Under the pieces are notes generated by a model that saw nothing but the letters and a program-made list of their open reading frames with translations, did no database searches and was not told where the DNA came from. A stretch of DNA of 64,000 bases from Eledone cirrhosa (taxonomy: Eukaryota): assembly GCA_964016885.1 (NCBI GenBank), contig OZ024742.1, forward strand, positions 107,818,001 to 107,882,000, read 5' to 3'. Both the position numbers and the translations under genes were made by a program. Positions 1-10,720 of this stretch are shown here, piece after piece; position 1 is the stretch's first letter; every line of letters starts with the position of its first letter.

Positions 1-1
1 C

Positions 2-1675
2 TGCAGCAACAACAAAAGTACCAGCAGCTCTGACGACAACAACAACAGCAGAGAAAAACCAATCTCATTTGCAGGTATTGCGAAAAACTTGGAAACAATC
101 CTCATAACAAATGAGGAATTAGAGGAAGCGAAGAAGATGGTGACAAAGAACGGACACCGAGCAATCTGCAAGGCAGCGAAAAATGTTTTCGAAACCCAAG
201 AGCACTGTACGGTCACGTACCGTACAGTAAGTACAAAATCCCGTAGGGTGGAAAGAGCCACAGAGGCCCAAATACAAAAAGCCTTGGGGTCTGTGTGGCA
301 GAGGAAAACGCACATCACCCGAGGCAAAAAATACGCCACCGTAGACGTACTTTTTGCCACACCCCAGGAGGCAAAGGCCCAATCAGTAGTGACCCTAAGG
401 AGCGAGGAAATGGTGTTGGTGCCCTCCTACTGCGGGCAAAAAATTGTGAGGGTCAAACTGACCCACGTCCCCCCCGGAATGACCCCTCCTTGGCTGGCCG
501 CGTCTGTCCTCGTCGGAATCGAGGACAAAACAACTGTACTGCAAGTACAGAAAAAAGTAAGAGAAGATTGGGTCGGCTCCTCCATTGAGATGCTAATCCA
601 AACCAACCAGGAGTGCATCGAAGCTATCCCGGATGTGATAGACTTCGATAACGGCACTCAACTGCCCATAAGTGTTGAGGGCAAACGCCCGAAATGCTTT
701 CGCTGTGGATCGAAGACTCACCTCAGGGCCTTCTGCAACGAGAAGACCCTGAGAAAGGAGAAAACCCCCCTCCTTCCGAATCCGGCTCCACGGCTACCAG
801 CAACAGGACAAGCGGCAACCAGGAACGATAGGTCCGTGGCACCCATACCCACTCCACGGAAATCAAAGACAGCAGCAGCAGTGGAAATATTAACAACAAC
901 AACAGCAATACCAAATGCAGCTGCAACAGAGACTCCAGTGCAAACATCACCAACAACAACAAGTGAAAGAGTGGAGCTGGTACCCCTCCCCGACCTTACA
1001 GAATCAGACATGGAGTGTGAGGTGGGAGAGGGATGGCAAAAGGTCGCAAGAAGGCACAAACGCAGAAGCAGCGCATCGTCGCCTTTGAAAAGGGAGGAAA
1101 GAAATGAGAAAAGGGTAAAGTCTACTGCAAAGAGACCCACAGCAGCAACACCACCAACACCATCACCACCCACACCAGCACCACCATCACCACCGGCGAC
1201 AACCCCACCGCCAACAACACCTTCAACACCACCACCACAAGCACCAACATCGCAAACACAACAACAAAACACACACACCCAGCAACAACGACAAGAAAAT
1301 AGCAGAACCACACCCCACCCCCAGAAAAACAAATGCACGGCAATAAACACACACAACAAGAAACTAATGACTTACATAATTGAACACACAGACATTTCAC
1401 AACAGGACTACATAATACCAGCACCAATCAAAACGCCAACTAACATAAGACTGCTAAAAATAGCACAGAAACAATACACAAACATTAAAACGAAATTCCC
1501 CAACGCAGTTGGTGATTTCAGGGACCTAGGAGGAACCATCAATCGAAGAGTATATTCAGACATTCTCTTAGAAGAGCCGACGACCAGCCGAAGGGACGAT
1601 TCAACGGTCCCTTCACCAGACGATCAAGTGAAAAGGGATGTAAAAACCATCCCTCCTCTACCAAAAGTACGGTAA
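2..1675 (+). CDS. Tx1 ORF1 (gag-like nucleic-acid binding protein), 5'-partial
   Basis: Open frame with CCHC zinc knuckle CFRCGSKTHLRAFC and a Pro/Thr-rich linker; same protein as copy 2 ORF1. Confidence 0.88.
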   Translation, partial: CSNNKSTSSSDDNNNSREKPISFAGIAKNLETILITNEELEEAKKMVTKNGHRAICKAAKNVFETQEHCTVTYRTVSTKSRRVERATEAQIQKALGSVWQRKTHITRGKKYATVDVLFATPQEAKAQSVVTLRSEEMVLVPSYCGQKIVRVKLTHVPPGMTPPWLAASVLVGIEDKTTVLQVQKKVREDWVGSSIEMLIQTNQECIEAIPDVIDFDNGTQLPISVEGKRPKCFRCGSKTHLRAFCNEKTLRKEKTPLLPNPAPRLPATGQAATRNDRSVAPIPTPRKSKTAAAVEILTTTTAIPNAAATETPVQTSPTTTSERVELVPLPDLTESDMECEVGEGWQKVARRHKRRSSASSPLKREERNEKRVKSTAKRPTAATPPTPSPPTPAPPSPPATTPPPTTPSTPPPQAPTSQTQQQNTHTQQQRQENSRTTPHPQKNKCTAINTHNKKLMTYIIEHTDISQQDYIIPAPIKTPTNIRLLKIAQKQYTNIKTKFPNAVGDFRDLGGTINRRVYSDILLEEPTTSRRDDSTVPSPDDQVKRDVKTIPPLPKVR

Positions 1676-1710
1676 GTGGTCTTTCCCATCTTTTCCACTC
1701 TATTTTAAAC

Positions 1711-4403
1711 ATGACCTCACTCAGAATAGGCAGCATAAATGCGCGTGGCTTGGGGTCGTCATGGAAGCAGGGTCACCTGCTCAACGACCTCAGGTCACTA
1801 AACATAGATGTAGTGGCCATCAGCGAGACCAGAATCTCCGAAGCACGGGCCTTCGCACCGATCTTCGGCGGCTACGATGTGTACGCATCTCCCAGCCGTC
1901 CTGGATCGGGTGGAGGAGTTGCTGTGCTTTTTCGGAGAGGTTTGGATCTCGCCATACGGGCTATCTTCCTGGACCCAGAGGGTAAGCTGGTGGTGCTGGA
2001 CGTGACCAGCGGAGACGGGCAAGCTTTCAGGCTAGTGGCCGTCTATGCCCCGACAGGAGCAGGGCGGCCTGATTTCTTCCGGCGTCTGGAGACCTTTCTT
2101 GGAACGTCCCGCTCTTTAGTGTTAGTGGGCGACTGGAACGGGATCTTAGATGCACGCTGGGACTGTGTGAAGCTTTTCAGCGACACTTCGCTCAGCTGTT
2201 CGGGGGCAGCGGGGGGCCGGGTAGAGGGATGGACTTTAGTGTCTACCTCGACGGACTGCCGCGGCTCTCGGCCACTGAGGCGAAGTGTTGCGAAAAGCCG
2301 ATAACAGCCGCTGAAGTACGGGAGGCAATGACTGGCTGCACAAGGGGTAAATCGCCTGGTTTGGATGGTCTGCCCTATGAACTTTACGTACAGATGCCAG
2401 ACTTGTTCGGAGGCCTCTTGGCGGACGTCTACTGCAACTGGCAACAGAACGGGAGAATTCCCAGTTCTGTGAGCCGAGGAGCGGTGGCACTGCTGAGAAA
2501 GGATCCGAACAAGGGGGATAACATAGACAATTTCCGGCCCATAACTCTGCTAAACACAGAGTTTAAGATTTTGGCCAAGGTGCTAGCAAAGAGGTTGGCG
2601 CTTGTCGTTGGTGGTCTGGTGGGAGAGGCGCAGACATGCGCCATTCCCGACAGATCCATCCACGACAACCTCCACCTCATGCGATACATCGTAGAGAGGG
2701 TAGCTAGGGAACCTGGCACGGGTGGGTCCTTGATCAATTTAGATCAGTCGAAAGCTTTCGATAGGGTCGACCATCGTTACCTAGCGGCAGTCCTGAGGGC
2801 GGCTGGCTTTGGGCCCGTCTTCAGAGGCTGGATCGCTGCCATGCACAGCGACATCTGCTCTGTGGTGAGAGTGAACGGTCACCTGTCGGAACCGTTCAAC
2901 ATCATGCGCTCGGTCCGCCAAGGATGTCCCCTCTCGTCCCTCTTGTACGTATTGACTCTCGAGCCATTACTGCACAAACTGGAGACGTTGAGGGGAGTCC
3001 CGCGCGAACTAGGATGCGGAAGATCCGTGTCAGCATATGCGGACGATGTCACCGTAGTGGTGTCGAACGCCAAACACATCGAGGCGATCGGCACTACACT
3101 AAGAGAATACGAAGCGGTGACAGGAGCAATGATCAACCAGGAAAAGTCAGTGGGCCTGCAGCTCGGCACCTGGAGAGGCAGGTCCATGCCGTCCAACAGC
3201 GTCGTCGGGCGCTGGACGGACGGACCGGTTAAATTGCTAGGGGTCTGGTTCGGTCCGGACCTCCAGACGGACAAAAACTGGGACGAGGTGACGAGCAGGG
3301 TGGCTTCTCTCACCCAGAAATGGGCGGAGAGGAAGCTATCCCTGAAAGGTCGAGCGGAGGTGGCTAACGCGTACATCGCGTCTGTCATCTGCTACCGCCT
3401 AACCGTCGTACCTTGTCCTAAGCCTCGCCTGACTGCGCTGGAGCGTTTGCTCTTTCGCTTTTTGTGGAAGGGACGTGCTCCGATGGTCAGGCGGTCCATC
3501 TGTTGTCAACACCCGCTACGTGGAGGGCTGGGCATGCCGTGGCTGATGATGCGCAGGCACGCGCTCAGGCTACGACATCTCCACCTCTTCCTCGACGGTG
3601 ATCAGGTGTGGTCGCCGTTTGCTAGACGCGTTTTTCCCCAGCTCGTTTCCTTGACGGAGCTGCAGTCCTGGGTCAAGCGAAGACCGAGAGGGAGCGCCTG
3701 GAGACTGGAATGTCTTCAGGCGCTCACAGCCCTCGACCAATCGGGCAATGTGATCGGTGGAAACTCCACCTCGGCGTTCTATAGAGGATTAGTGGAGGGG
3801 AAGAGCGACGACGTACTTGGGGAAACTCTAGGCGTCGACGAAAATCAACTAGCCAATCTCTTCGGAAGAACTTTCGGGCCAGGGCCTATGGACAACTTCC
3901 AGAAATCTCTGGCCTGGCAGTGCTACCGAGGAGCCTTGCCAGTTCGGGATAAACTCTACAGGCATGGAGGTGCCGTCAGCCGGGCATGTCCGAGATGCGC
4001 GCAGGGCGACGAAACCGTCCTGCACGCACTCGTCCAGTGTCCGAAAATTGCTGACTTGTGGGTTTATGTCGAACACCTGCTGTCGCGTTTAGGACGGATC
4101 CAGCTATCATCTGAGTCTATCGTGAGGATTGCCCCGCCCTCCTCATTTAGCCGGGAAGGGCAGGCAGTTTTTATCTGTCTGGTGGCCATGGCGAAAGAGA
4201 TAGTATGGTGGACACGTTTGAAAGGGCTGAAGACGAGCACTTACCTCTTCGGTGATGCTCTGATTTACTTTTTCAAATTTCATTTGAAAAGGAAAATCAG
4301 AGTAGAGAAGGAAGTGCTCTCTTCCCAGCATTTTGTTGAAAGATGGGTGAGAGAAGCAAGAATGGCCCGAGTGAATGGGCCGACTCTGAGTATATATCTG
4401 TAA
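1711..4403 (+). pseudogene. Tx1 ORF2 with a frameshifting 727-bp deletion (end of endonuclease and linker lost)
   Basis: APE N-terminus MTSLRIGSINARG joins at TGTGTG (2164-2169) to sequence 727 bp further on in copy 2. The RT and C-terminal CCHC part (2229-4403) is still open. Confidence 0.9.
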
Positions 4404-4651
4404 ACTAAAGGTGGAAAACTGGGAGAGGGCACTTGCCTTGGTGGTCAGGGTCATTGTGGCTTTTTACTGGGCTTTCTCCACAAATGTCCCTCCGAAGTCT
4501 CCCCCCTATTGGGGAATTTTTCATTGTTATTTTTTGTTACATCCTCTGTTTTTGTTTTTTACACGCAGAAATGCCCATTTGTACCGTCCTGCATTGTCCT
4601 GCACTGTCCTTAATGTCTACTTTATGTAAACCCTTGTGGTTAATAAAGAAA

Positions 4652-4692
<41 letters not shown>

Positions 4693-4908
4693 GAATGCCA
4701 TGGTTGACGGAGGCTCGGCTCTGTAAGGTATAGTAAATTTTAACCGTTAAAACAATTGTAAATTGTTTAAAACTTGAACCAAATTGTTGATAAAGACACC
4801 CTCCTCCTCGTGAGAGGGGTCTTTCTGTCCGTTATTTGGCCCTTCGGGGTTAAATAACCAGTTATTGGGGTTTTGTACCCAAAATTTCATTTTAAACAAA
4901 AAAACAAC

Positions 4909-7005
4909 ATGGCTACGAAAAAGAAATTTCATACGTCACTCCCACTCATTCCGTCTTCTTCTTCCTCAATCATCACTACAGCAGAGAGAAGATTGTCTCT
5001 CTCCCTCCCTTCTTTAAATGTGTCTCCCTCCCTCCCTTCTCTTTCGCAAGTGACGAAAGAAAAGAAAAGTCTCGTGCAAAGCGTGCATGGTTTCTCCACG
5101 ACGACGACGACAGCGACGAAACAGGTGTGCGGGAAATACGAAAACCCAGTTCATTCGTCTGACGTCAGGAATAATAGCAGTAGCAGCCATAATAACAACA
5201 GCAACAGTGACAATGAAAACAACAGTAGCAGCCGCAACAGCATCACCAGCAGCATAAACAACAACAGCATTAGCAGCAGCAACACCAACAACAACCACAG
5301 CAACAGCGGCGGAGGCAGTAGTCGTAGTACCTGCAGCAACAACAAAAGTACCAGCAGCTCTGACGACAACAACAACAGCAGAGAAAAACCAATCTCATTT
5401 GCAGGTATTGCGAAAAACTTGGAAACAATCCTCATAACAAATGAGGAATTAGAGGATGCGAAGAAGATGGTGACAAAGAACGGACACCGAGCAATCTGCA
5501 AGGCAGCGGAAAAATTTTTCGAAACCCAAGAGCACTGTACGGTCACGTACCGTACAGTAAGTACAAAATCCCGTAGGGTGGAAAGAGCCACAGAGGCCCA
5601 AATACAAAAAGCCTTGGGGTCTGTGTGGCAGCGGAAAACGCACATCACCCGAGGCAAAAAATATGCCACCGTAGACGTACTTTTTGCCACACCCCAGGAG
5701 GCAAAGGCCCAATCAGTAGTGACCCTAAGGAGCGAGGAAATGGTGTTGGTGCCCTCCTACTGCGGGCAAAAAATTGTGAGGGTCAAACTGACCCACGTCC
5801 CCCCCGGAATGACCCCTTCTTGGCTGGCCGCGTCTGTCCTCGTCGGAATCGAGGACAAAACAACTGTACTGCAAGTACAGAAAAAAGTAAGAGAAGATTG
5901 GGTCGGCTCCTCCATTGAGATGCTAATCCAAACCAACCAGGAGTGCATCGAAGCTATCCCGGATGTGATAGACTTCGATAACGGCACTCAACTGCCCATA
6001 AGTGTTGAGGGCAAACGCCCGAAATGCTTTCGCTGTGGATCGAAGACTCACCTCAGGGCCTTCTGCAACGAGAAGACCCTGAGAAAGGAGAAAACCCCCC
6101 TCCTTCCGAATCCGGCTCCACGGCTACCAGCAACAGGACAAGCGGCAACCAGGAACGATAGGCCCGTGGCACCCATACCCACTCCACGGAAATCAAAAAC
6201 AGCAGCAGCAGTGGAAATACTAACAACAACAACAGCAATACCAAATGCAGCTGCAACAGAGACTCCAGTGCAAACATCACCAACAACAACAAGTGAAAGA
6301 GTGGAGCTGGTACCCCTCCCCGACCTCACAGAATCAGACATGGAGTGTGAGGTGGGAGAGAGATGGCAAAAGGTCGTAAGAAGGCACAAACGCAGAAGCA
6401 GCGCATCGTCGCCTTTGAAAAGGGAGGAAAGAAATGAGAAAAGGGTAAAGTCTACTGCAAAGAGACCCACAGCAGCAACAACACCAACACCATCACCACC
6501 CACACTAGCACCACCATCACCACCGGCGACAACCCCACCGCCAACAACACCTTCAACACCACCACCACAAGCACCAACATCGCAAACACAACAACAAAAC
6601 ACACACACCCAGCAACAACGACAAGAAAATAGCAGAACCACACCCCACCCCCAGAAAAACAAATGCACGGCAATAAATACACACAACAAGAAACTAATGA
6701 CTTACATAATTGAACACACAGACATTTCACAACAGGACTACATAATACCAGCACCAATCAAAACGCCAACTAACATAAGACTGCTAAAAATAGCACAGAA
6801 ACAATACACAAATATTAAAACGAAATTCCCCAACGCAGTTGGTGATTTCAGGGACCTAGGAGGAACCATCAATCGAAGAGTATACTCAGACATTCTCTTA
6901 GAAGAGCCGACGACCAGCCGAAGGGACGATTCAACGGTCCCTTCACCAGACGATCAAGTGAAAAGGGATGTAAAAACCATCCCTCCTCTACCAAAAGTAC
7001 GGTAA
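4909..7005 (+). CDS. Tx1 ORF1, 698 aa from the first ATG (Ser/Asn-rich N-terminus, CCHC knuckle, Pro/Thr-rich region)
   Basis: First in-frame ATG at 4909 (the ORF track starts at a TTG); C-x2-C-x4-H-x4-C motif CFRCGSKTHLRAFC. Confidence 0.88.
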   Translation: MATKKKFHTSLPLIPSSSSSIITTAERRLSLSLPSLNVSPSLPSLSQVTKEKKSLVQSVHGFSTTTTTATKQVCGKYENPVHSSDVRNNSSSSHNNNSNSDNENNSSSRNSITSSINNNSISSSNTNNNHSNSGGGSSRSTCSNNKSTSSSDDNNNSREKPISFAGIAKNLETILITNEELEDAKKMVTKNGHRAICKAAEKFFETQEHCTVTYRTVSTKSRRVERATEAQIQKALGSVWQRKTHITRGKKYATVDVLFATPQEAKAQSVVTLRSEEMVLVPSYCGQKIVRVKLTHVPPGMTPSWLAASVLVGIEDKTTVLQVQKKVREDWVGSSIEMLIQTNQECIEAIPDVIDFDNGTQLPISVEGKRPKCFRCGSKTHLRAFCNEKTLRKEKTPLLPNPAPRLPATGQAATRNDRPVAPIPTPRKSKTAAAVEILTTTTAIPNAAATETPVQTSPTTTSERVELVPLPDLTESDMECEVGERWQKVVRRHKRRSSASSPLKREERNEKRVKSTAKRPTAATTPTPSPPTLAPPSPPATTPPPTTPSTPPPQAPTSQTQQQNTHTQQQRQENSRTTPHPQKNKCTAINTHNKKLMTYIIEHTDISQQDYIIPAPIKTPTNIRLLKIAQKQYTNIKTKFPNAVGDFRDLGGTINRRVYSDILLEEPTTSRRDDSTVPSPDDQVKRDVKTIPPLPKVR

Positions 7006-7054
7006 GTGGTCTTTCCCATCTTTTCCACTCTATTTTAAACATGACCTCACTCAG
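7002..7054 (+). other. Putative 53-nt GT-AG intron spanning the ORF1 stop and ORF2 start (also 1672-1724 and 12881-12932)
   Basis: CG|GTAAGT donor contains the ORF1 TAA; pyrimidine-rich interior; CTCAG| acceptor inside ORF2 codon 5. Excision joins ORF1 and ORF2 in frame. No transcript evidence available. Confidence 0.55.
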
Positions 7055-10000
7055 AATAGGCAGCATAAATGCGCGTGGCTTGGGGTCGTCATGGAAGCAG
7101 GGTCACCTGCTCAACGACCTCAGGTCACTAAACATAGATGTAGTGGCCATCAGCGAGACCAGAATCTCCGAAGCACGGGCCTTCGCACCGATCTTCGGCG
7201 GCTACGATGTGTACGCATCTCCCAGCCGTCCTGGATCCGGTGGAGGAGTGGCTGTACTTTTTCGGAGAGGTTTGGATCTCGCCATACGGGCCATCTTCCT
7301 GGACCCAGAGGGTAAGCTGGTGGTGCTGGACGTGACCAGCGGAGACGGGCAAGCTTTCAGGCTAGTGGCCGTCTATGCCCCGACAGGAGCAGGGCGGCCT
7401 GATTTCTTCCGGCGTCTGGAGACCTTTCTTGGAACGTCGCGCTCTTTAGTGTTAGTGGGCGACTGGAACGGGATCTTAGACGCACGCTGGGACTGTGTGG
7501 GATTAGCGGATAGGGGTGGAGGGTGCAAGAGCCTCACCAACCTGCTCAGGCGTTTTGAACTGTCTGACAGGTACCGATTGGATTTCCCGAATGTGCCAAT
7601 GTGGACTTGGACAAACCGCATAGGGTCATCCAGATCATATCTAGATAGAGTATTTTGTAGGGAAATAGATAGGTCTAGCATAGGCTGTCCACAATTCAAG
7701 ATAGTCAGCTACACGGACCACAAATTCGTGATCTGTGTGCTTGACTTAGATAGGTTTCATAGACGAGGACCCGGCTACTGGAAGCTAAACGCGTCCTTAC
7801 CAGCGCGCAAGGCCTACAGAGACCGGATTAGCGAACTAGTTAAGCGGGCGTTGACGGGGGCCATCGTCAACAACAAGTGGTGGTTTGCTCTGAAAAGAGC
7901 GATTAGAATAGAATCGATTAGATTTAGTAAGGCTTTAGCAATAGAGAAAAATAGAGCAGAGGGAGAACTAGTTAGAAAATTAGACGAGGCGCTTAGCAAA
8001 GGCATTGCGACCGACGTGCTTGCGGCGAAATTGGCCCTTGACCAATTCTTCAATGCAAAGCACGAAGGCTGCGTTGTCAGAGCAAGGGTGCGTGCTCTCA
8101 GACACGAGGGGACGAAAGCCGTTCAATGGGCCCGAGTGGCGGAGGCGCGTCGTGGCAACAAAGCCACGATCCGGTCTTTGGTGGACCACGACGGGCGCAT
8201 GCTACTCGATCCCGGGCAAATGTGTGAAGCTTTTCAGCGACACTTCGCTCAGCTGTTCGGGGGCAGCGGTGGGCCGGGTAGAGGAATGGACTTTAGTGTC
8301 TACCTCGACGGACTGCCGCGGCTCTCGGCCACTGAGGCGAAGTGTTGCGAAAAGCCGATAACAGCCGCTGAAGTACGGGAGGCAATGACTGGCTGCACAA
8401 GGGGTAAATCGCCTGGTTTGGATGGTCTGCCCTATGAACTTTACGTACAGATGCCAGACTTGTTCGGAGGCCTCTTGGCGGACGTCTACTGCAACTGGCA
8501 ACAGAACGGGAGAATTCCCAGTTCTGTGAGCCGAGGAGCGGTGGCACTGCTGAGAAAGGATCCGAACAAGGGGGATAACATAGACAATTTCCGGCCCATA
8601 ACTCTGCTAAACACAGAGTTTAAGATTTTGGCCAAGGTGCTAGCAAAGAGGTTGGCGCTTGTCGTTGGTGGTCTGGTGGGAGAGGCGCAGACATGCGCCA
8701 TTCCCGACAGATCCATCCACGACAACCTCCACCTCATGCGATACATCGTAGAGAGGGTAGCTAGGGAACCTGGCACGGGTGGGTCCTTGATCAATTTAGA
8801 TCAGTCGAAAGCTTTCGATAGGGTCGACCATCGTTACCTAGCGGCAGTCCTGAGGGCGGCTGGCTTTGGGCCCGTCTTCAGAGGCTGGATCGCTGCCATG
8901 CACAGCGACATCTGCTCTGTGGTGAGAGTGAACGGTCACCTGTCGGAACCGTTCAACATCATGCGCTCGGTCCGCCAAGGATGTCCCCTCTCGTCCCTCT
9001 TGTACGTATTGACTCTCGAGCCATTACTGCACAAACTGGAGACGTTGAGGGGAGTCCCGCGCGAACTAGGATGCGGAAGATCCGTGTCAGCATATGCGGA
9101 CGATGTCACCGTAGTGGTGTCGAACGCCAAACACATCGAGGCGATCGGCACTACACTAAGAGAATACGAAGCGGTGACAGGAGCAATGATCAACCAGGAA
9201 AAGTCAGTGGGCCTGCAGCTCGGCACCTGGAGAGGCAGGTCCATGCCGTCCAACAGCGTCGTCGGGCGCTGGACGGACGGACCGGTTAAATTGCTAGGGG
9301 TCTGGTTCGGTCCGGACCTCCAGACGGACAAAAACTGGGACGAGGTGACGAGCAGGGTGGCTTCTCTCACCCAGAAATGGGCGGAGAGGAAGCTATCCCT
9401 GAAAGGTCGAGCGGAGGTGGCTAACGCGTACATCGCGTCTGTCATCTGCTACCGCCTAACCGTCGTACCTTGTCCTAAGCCTCGCCTGACTGCGCTGGAG
9501 CGTTTGCTCTTTCGCTTTTTGTGGAAGGGACGTGCTCCGATGGTCAGGCGGTCCATCTGTTGTCAACACCCGCTACGTGGAGGGCTGGGCATGCCGTGGC
9601 TGATGATGCGCAGGCACGCGCTCAGGCTACGACATCTCCACCTCTTCCTCGACGGTGATCAGGTGTGGTCGCCGTTTGCTAGACGCGTTTTTCCCCAGCT
9701 CGTTTCCTTGACGGAGCTGCAGTCCTGGGTCAAGCGAAGACCGAGAGGGAGCGCCTGGAGACTGGAATGTCTTCAGGCGCTCACAGCCCTCGACCAATCG
9801 GGCAATGTGATCGGTGGAAACTCCACCTCGGCGTTCTATAGAGGATTAGTGGAGGGGAAGAGCGACGACGTACTTGGGGAAACTCTAGGCGTCGACGAAA
9901 ATCAACTAGCCAATCTCTTCGGAAGAACTTTCGGGCCAGGGCCTATGGACAACTTCCAGAAATCTCTGGCCTGGCAGTGCTACCGAGGAGCCTTGCCAGT

Positions 10001-10460
10001 TCGGGATAAACTCTACAGGCATGGAGGTGCCGTCAGCCGGGCATGTCCGAGATGCGCGCAGGGCGACGAAACCGTCCTGCACGCACTCGTCCAGTGTCCG
10101 AAAATTGCTGACTTGTGGGTTTATGTCGAACACCTGCTGTCGCGTTTAGGACGGATCCAGCTATCATCTGAGTCTATCGTGAGGATTGCCCCGCCCTCCT
10201 CCTTTAGCCGGGAAGGGCAGGCAGTTTTTATCTGTCTGGTGGCCATGGCGAAAGAGATAGTATGGTGGACACGTTTGAAAGGGCTGAAGACGAGCACTTA
10301 CCTCTTCGGTGATGCTCTGATTGACTTTTTCAAATTTCATTTGAAAAGGAAAATCAGAGTAGAGAAGGAAGTGCTCTCTTCCCAGCATTTTGTTGAAAGA
10401 TGGGTGAGAGAAGCAAGAATGGCCCGAGTGAATGGGCCGACTCTGAGTATATATCTGTAA
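7041..10460 (+). CDS. Tx1 ORF2: APE endonuclease + reverse transcriptase + C-terminal CCHC, 1139 aa
   Basis: APE motifs SINARG, VAISET, GDWN, YLDR, TDH; RT motifs KSPGLDG, FRPITLLN, DQSKAFD, QGCPLS, YADD; CPRC..ETVLHALVQC zinc motif typical of L1/Tx1. Confidence 0.96.
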   Translation: MTSLRIGSINARGLGSSWKQGHLLNDLRSLNIDVVAISETRISEARAFAPIFGGYDVYASPSRPGSGGGVAVLFRRGLDLAIRAIFLDPEGKLVVLDVTSGDGQAFRLVAVYAPTGAGRPDFFRRLETFLGTSRSLVLVGDWNGILDARWDCVGLADRGGGCKSLTNLLRRFELSDRYRLDFPNVPMWTWTNRIGSSRSYLDRVFCREIDRSSIGCPQFKIVSYTDHKFVICVLDLDRFHRRGPGYWKLNASLPARKAYRDRISELVKRALTGAIVNNKWWFALKRAIRIESIRFSKALAIEKNRAEGELVRKLDEALSKGIATDVLAAKLALDQFFNAKHEGCVVRARVRALRHEGTKAVQWARVAEARRGNKATIRSLVDHDGRMLLDPGQMCEAFQRHFAQLFGGSGGPGRGMDFSVYLDGLPRLSATEAKCCEKPITAAEVREAMTGCTRGKSPGLDGLPYELYVQMPDLFGGLLADVYCNWQQNGRIPSSVSRGAVALLRKDPNKGDNIDNFRPITLLNTEFKILAKVLAKRLALVVGGLVGEAQTCAIPDRSIHDNLHLMRYIVERVAREPGTGGSLINLDQSKAFDRVDHRYLAAVLRAAGFGPVFRGWIAAMHSDICSVVRVNGHLSEPFNIMRSVRQGCPLSSLLYVLTLEPLLHKLETLRGVPRELGCGRSVSAYADDVTVVVSNAKHIEAIGTTLREYEAVTGAMINQEKSVGLQLGTWRGRSMPSNSVVGRWTDGPVKLLGVWFGPDLQTDKNWDEVTSRVASLTQKWAERKLSLKGRAEVANAYIASVICYRLTVVPCPKPRLTALERLLFRFLWKGRAPMVRRSICCQHPLRGGLGMPWLMMRRHALRLRHLHLFLDGDQVWSPFARRVFPQLVSLTELQSWVKRRPRGSAWRLECLQALTALDQSGNVIGGNSTSAFYRGLVEGKSDDVLGETLGVDENQLANLFGRTFGPGPMDNFQKSLAWQCYRGALPVRDKLYRHGGAVSRACPRCAQGDETVLHALVQCPKIADLWVYVEHLLSRLGRIQLSSESIVRIAPPSSFSREGQAVFICLVAMAKEIVWWTRLKGLKTSTYLFGDALIDFFKFHLKRKIRVEKEVLSSQHFVERWVREARMARVNGPTLSIYL

Positions 10461-10720
10461 ACTAAAGGTGGAAAACTGGGAGAGGGCACTTGCCTTGGTG
10501 GTCAGGGTCATTGTGGCTTTTTACTGGGCTTTCTCCACAAATGTCCCTCCGAAGTCTCCCCCCTATTGGGGAATTTTTCATTGTTATTCTCATTGTTATT
10601 TTTGTTACATCCTCTGTTTTTGTTTTTTTACACGCAGAAATGCCCATTTGTACCGTCCTGCATTGTCCTGCACTGTCCTTAATGTCTACTTTATGTAAAC
10701 CCTTGTGGTTAATAAAGAAA

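Larger units (their letters stand above)
1..4692 (+). mobile_element. Tx1/L1-group non-LTR retrotransposon, copy 1 (5' end outside window; internal 727-bp deletion)
   Basis: Near-identical to copy 2 at offset 5330 before the deletion and 6057 after it. The 3'UTR has AATAAA at 4642-4647 and a (TTA)n tail at 4654-4692. Confidence 0.93.

Noticed and set aside
2229-4403. 724-aa RT-only ORF as a separate gene
   Set aside because: It is the remainder of ORF2 after the 727-bp deletion, starting at an internal Met.
4795-4860. HDV-like ribozyme suggested by CTCCTCGTG in the Tx1 5'UTR
   Set aside because: I could not build P1, P1.1 and P2; the segment folds more simply as ordinary hairpins.
4873-4908. 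ORF1 start at 4873 as given by the ORF track
   Set aside because: That is a TTG; the first ATG in an A-rich context is at 4909.
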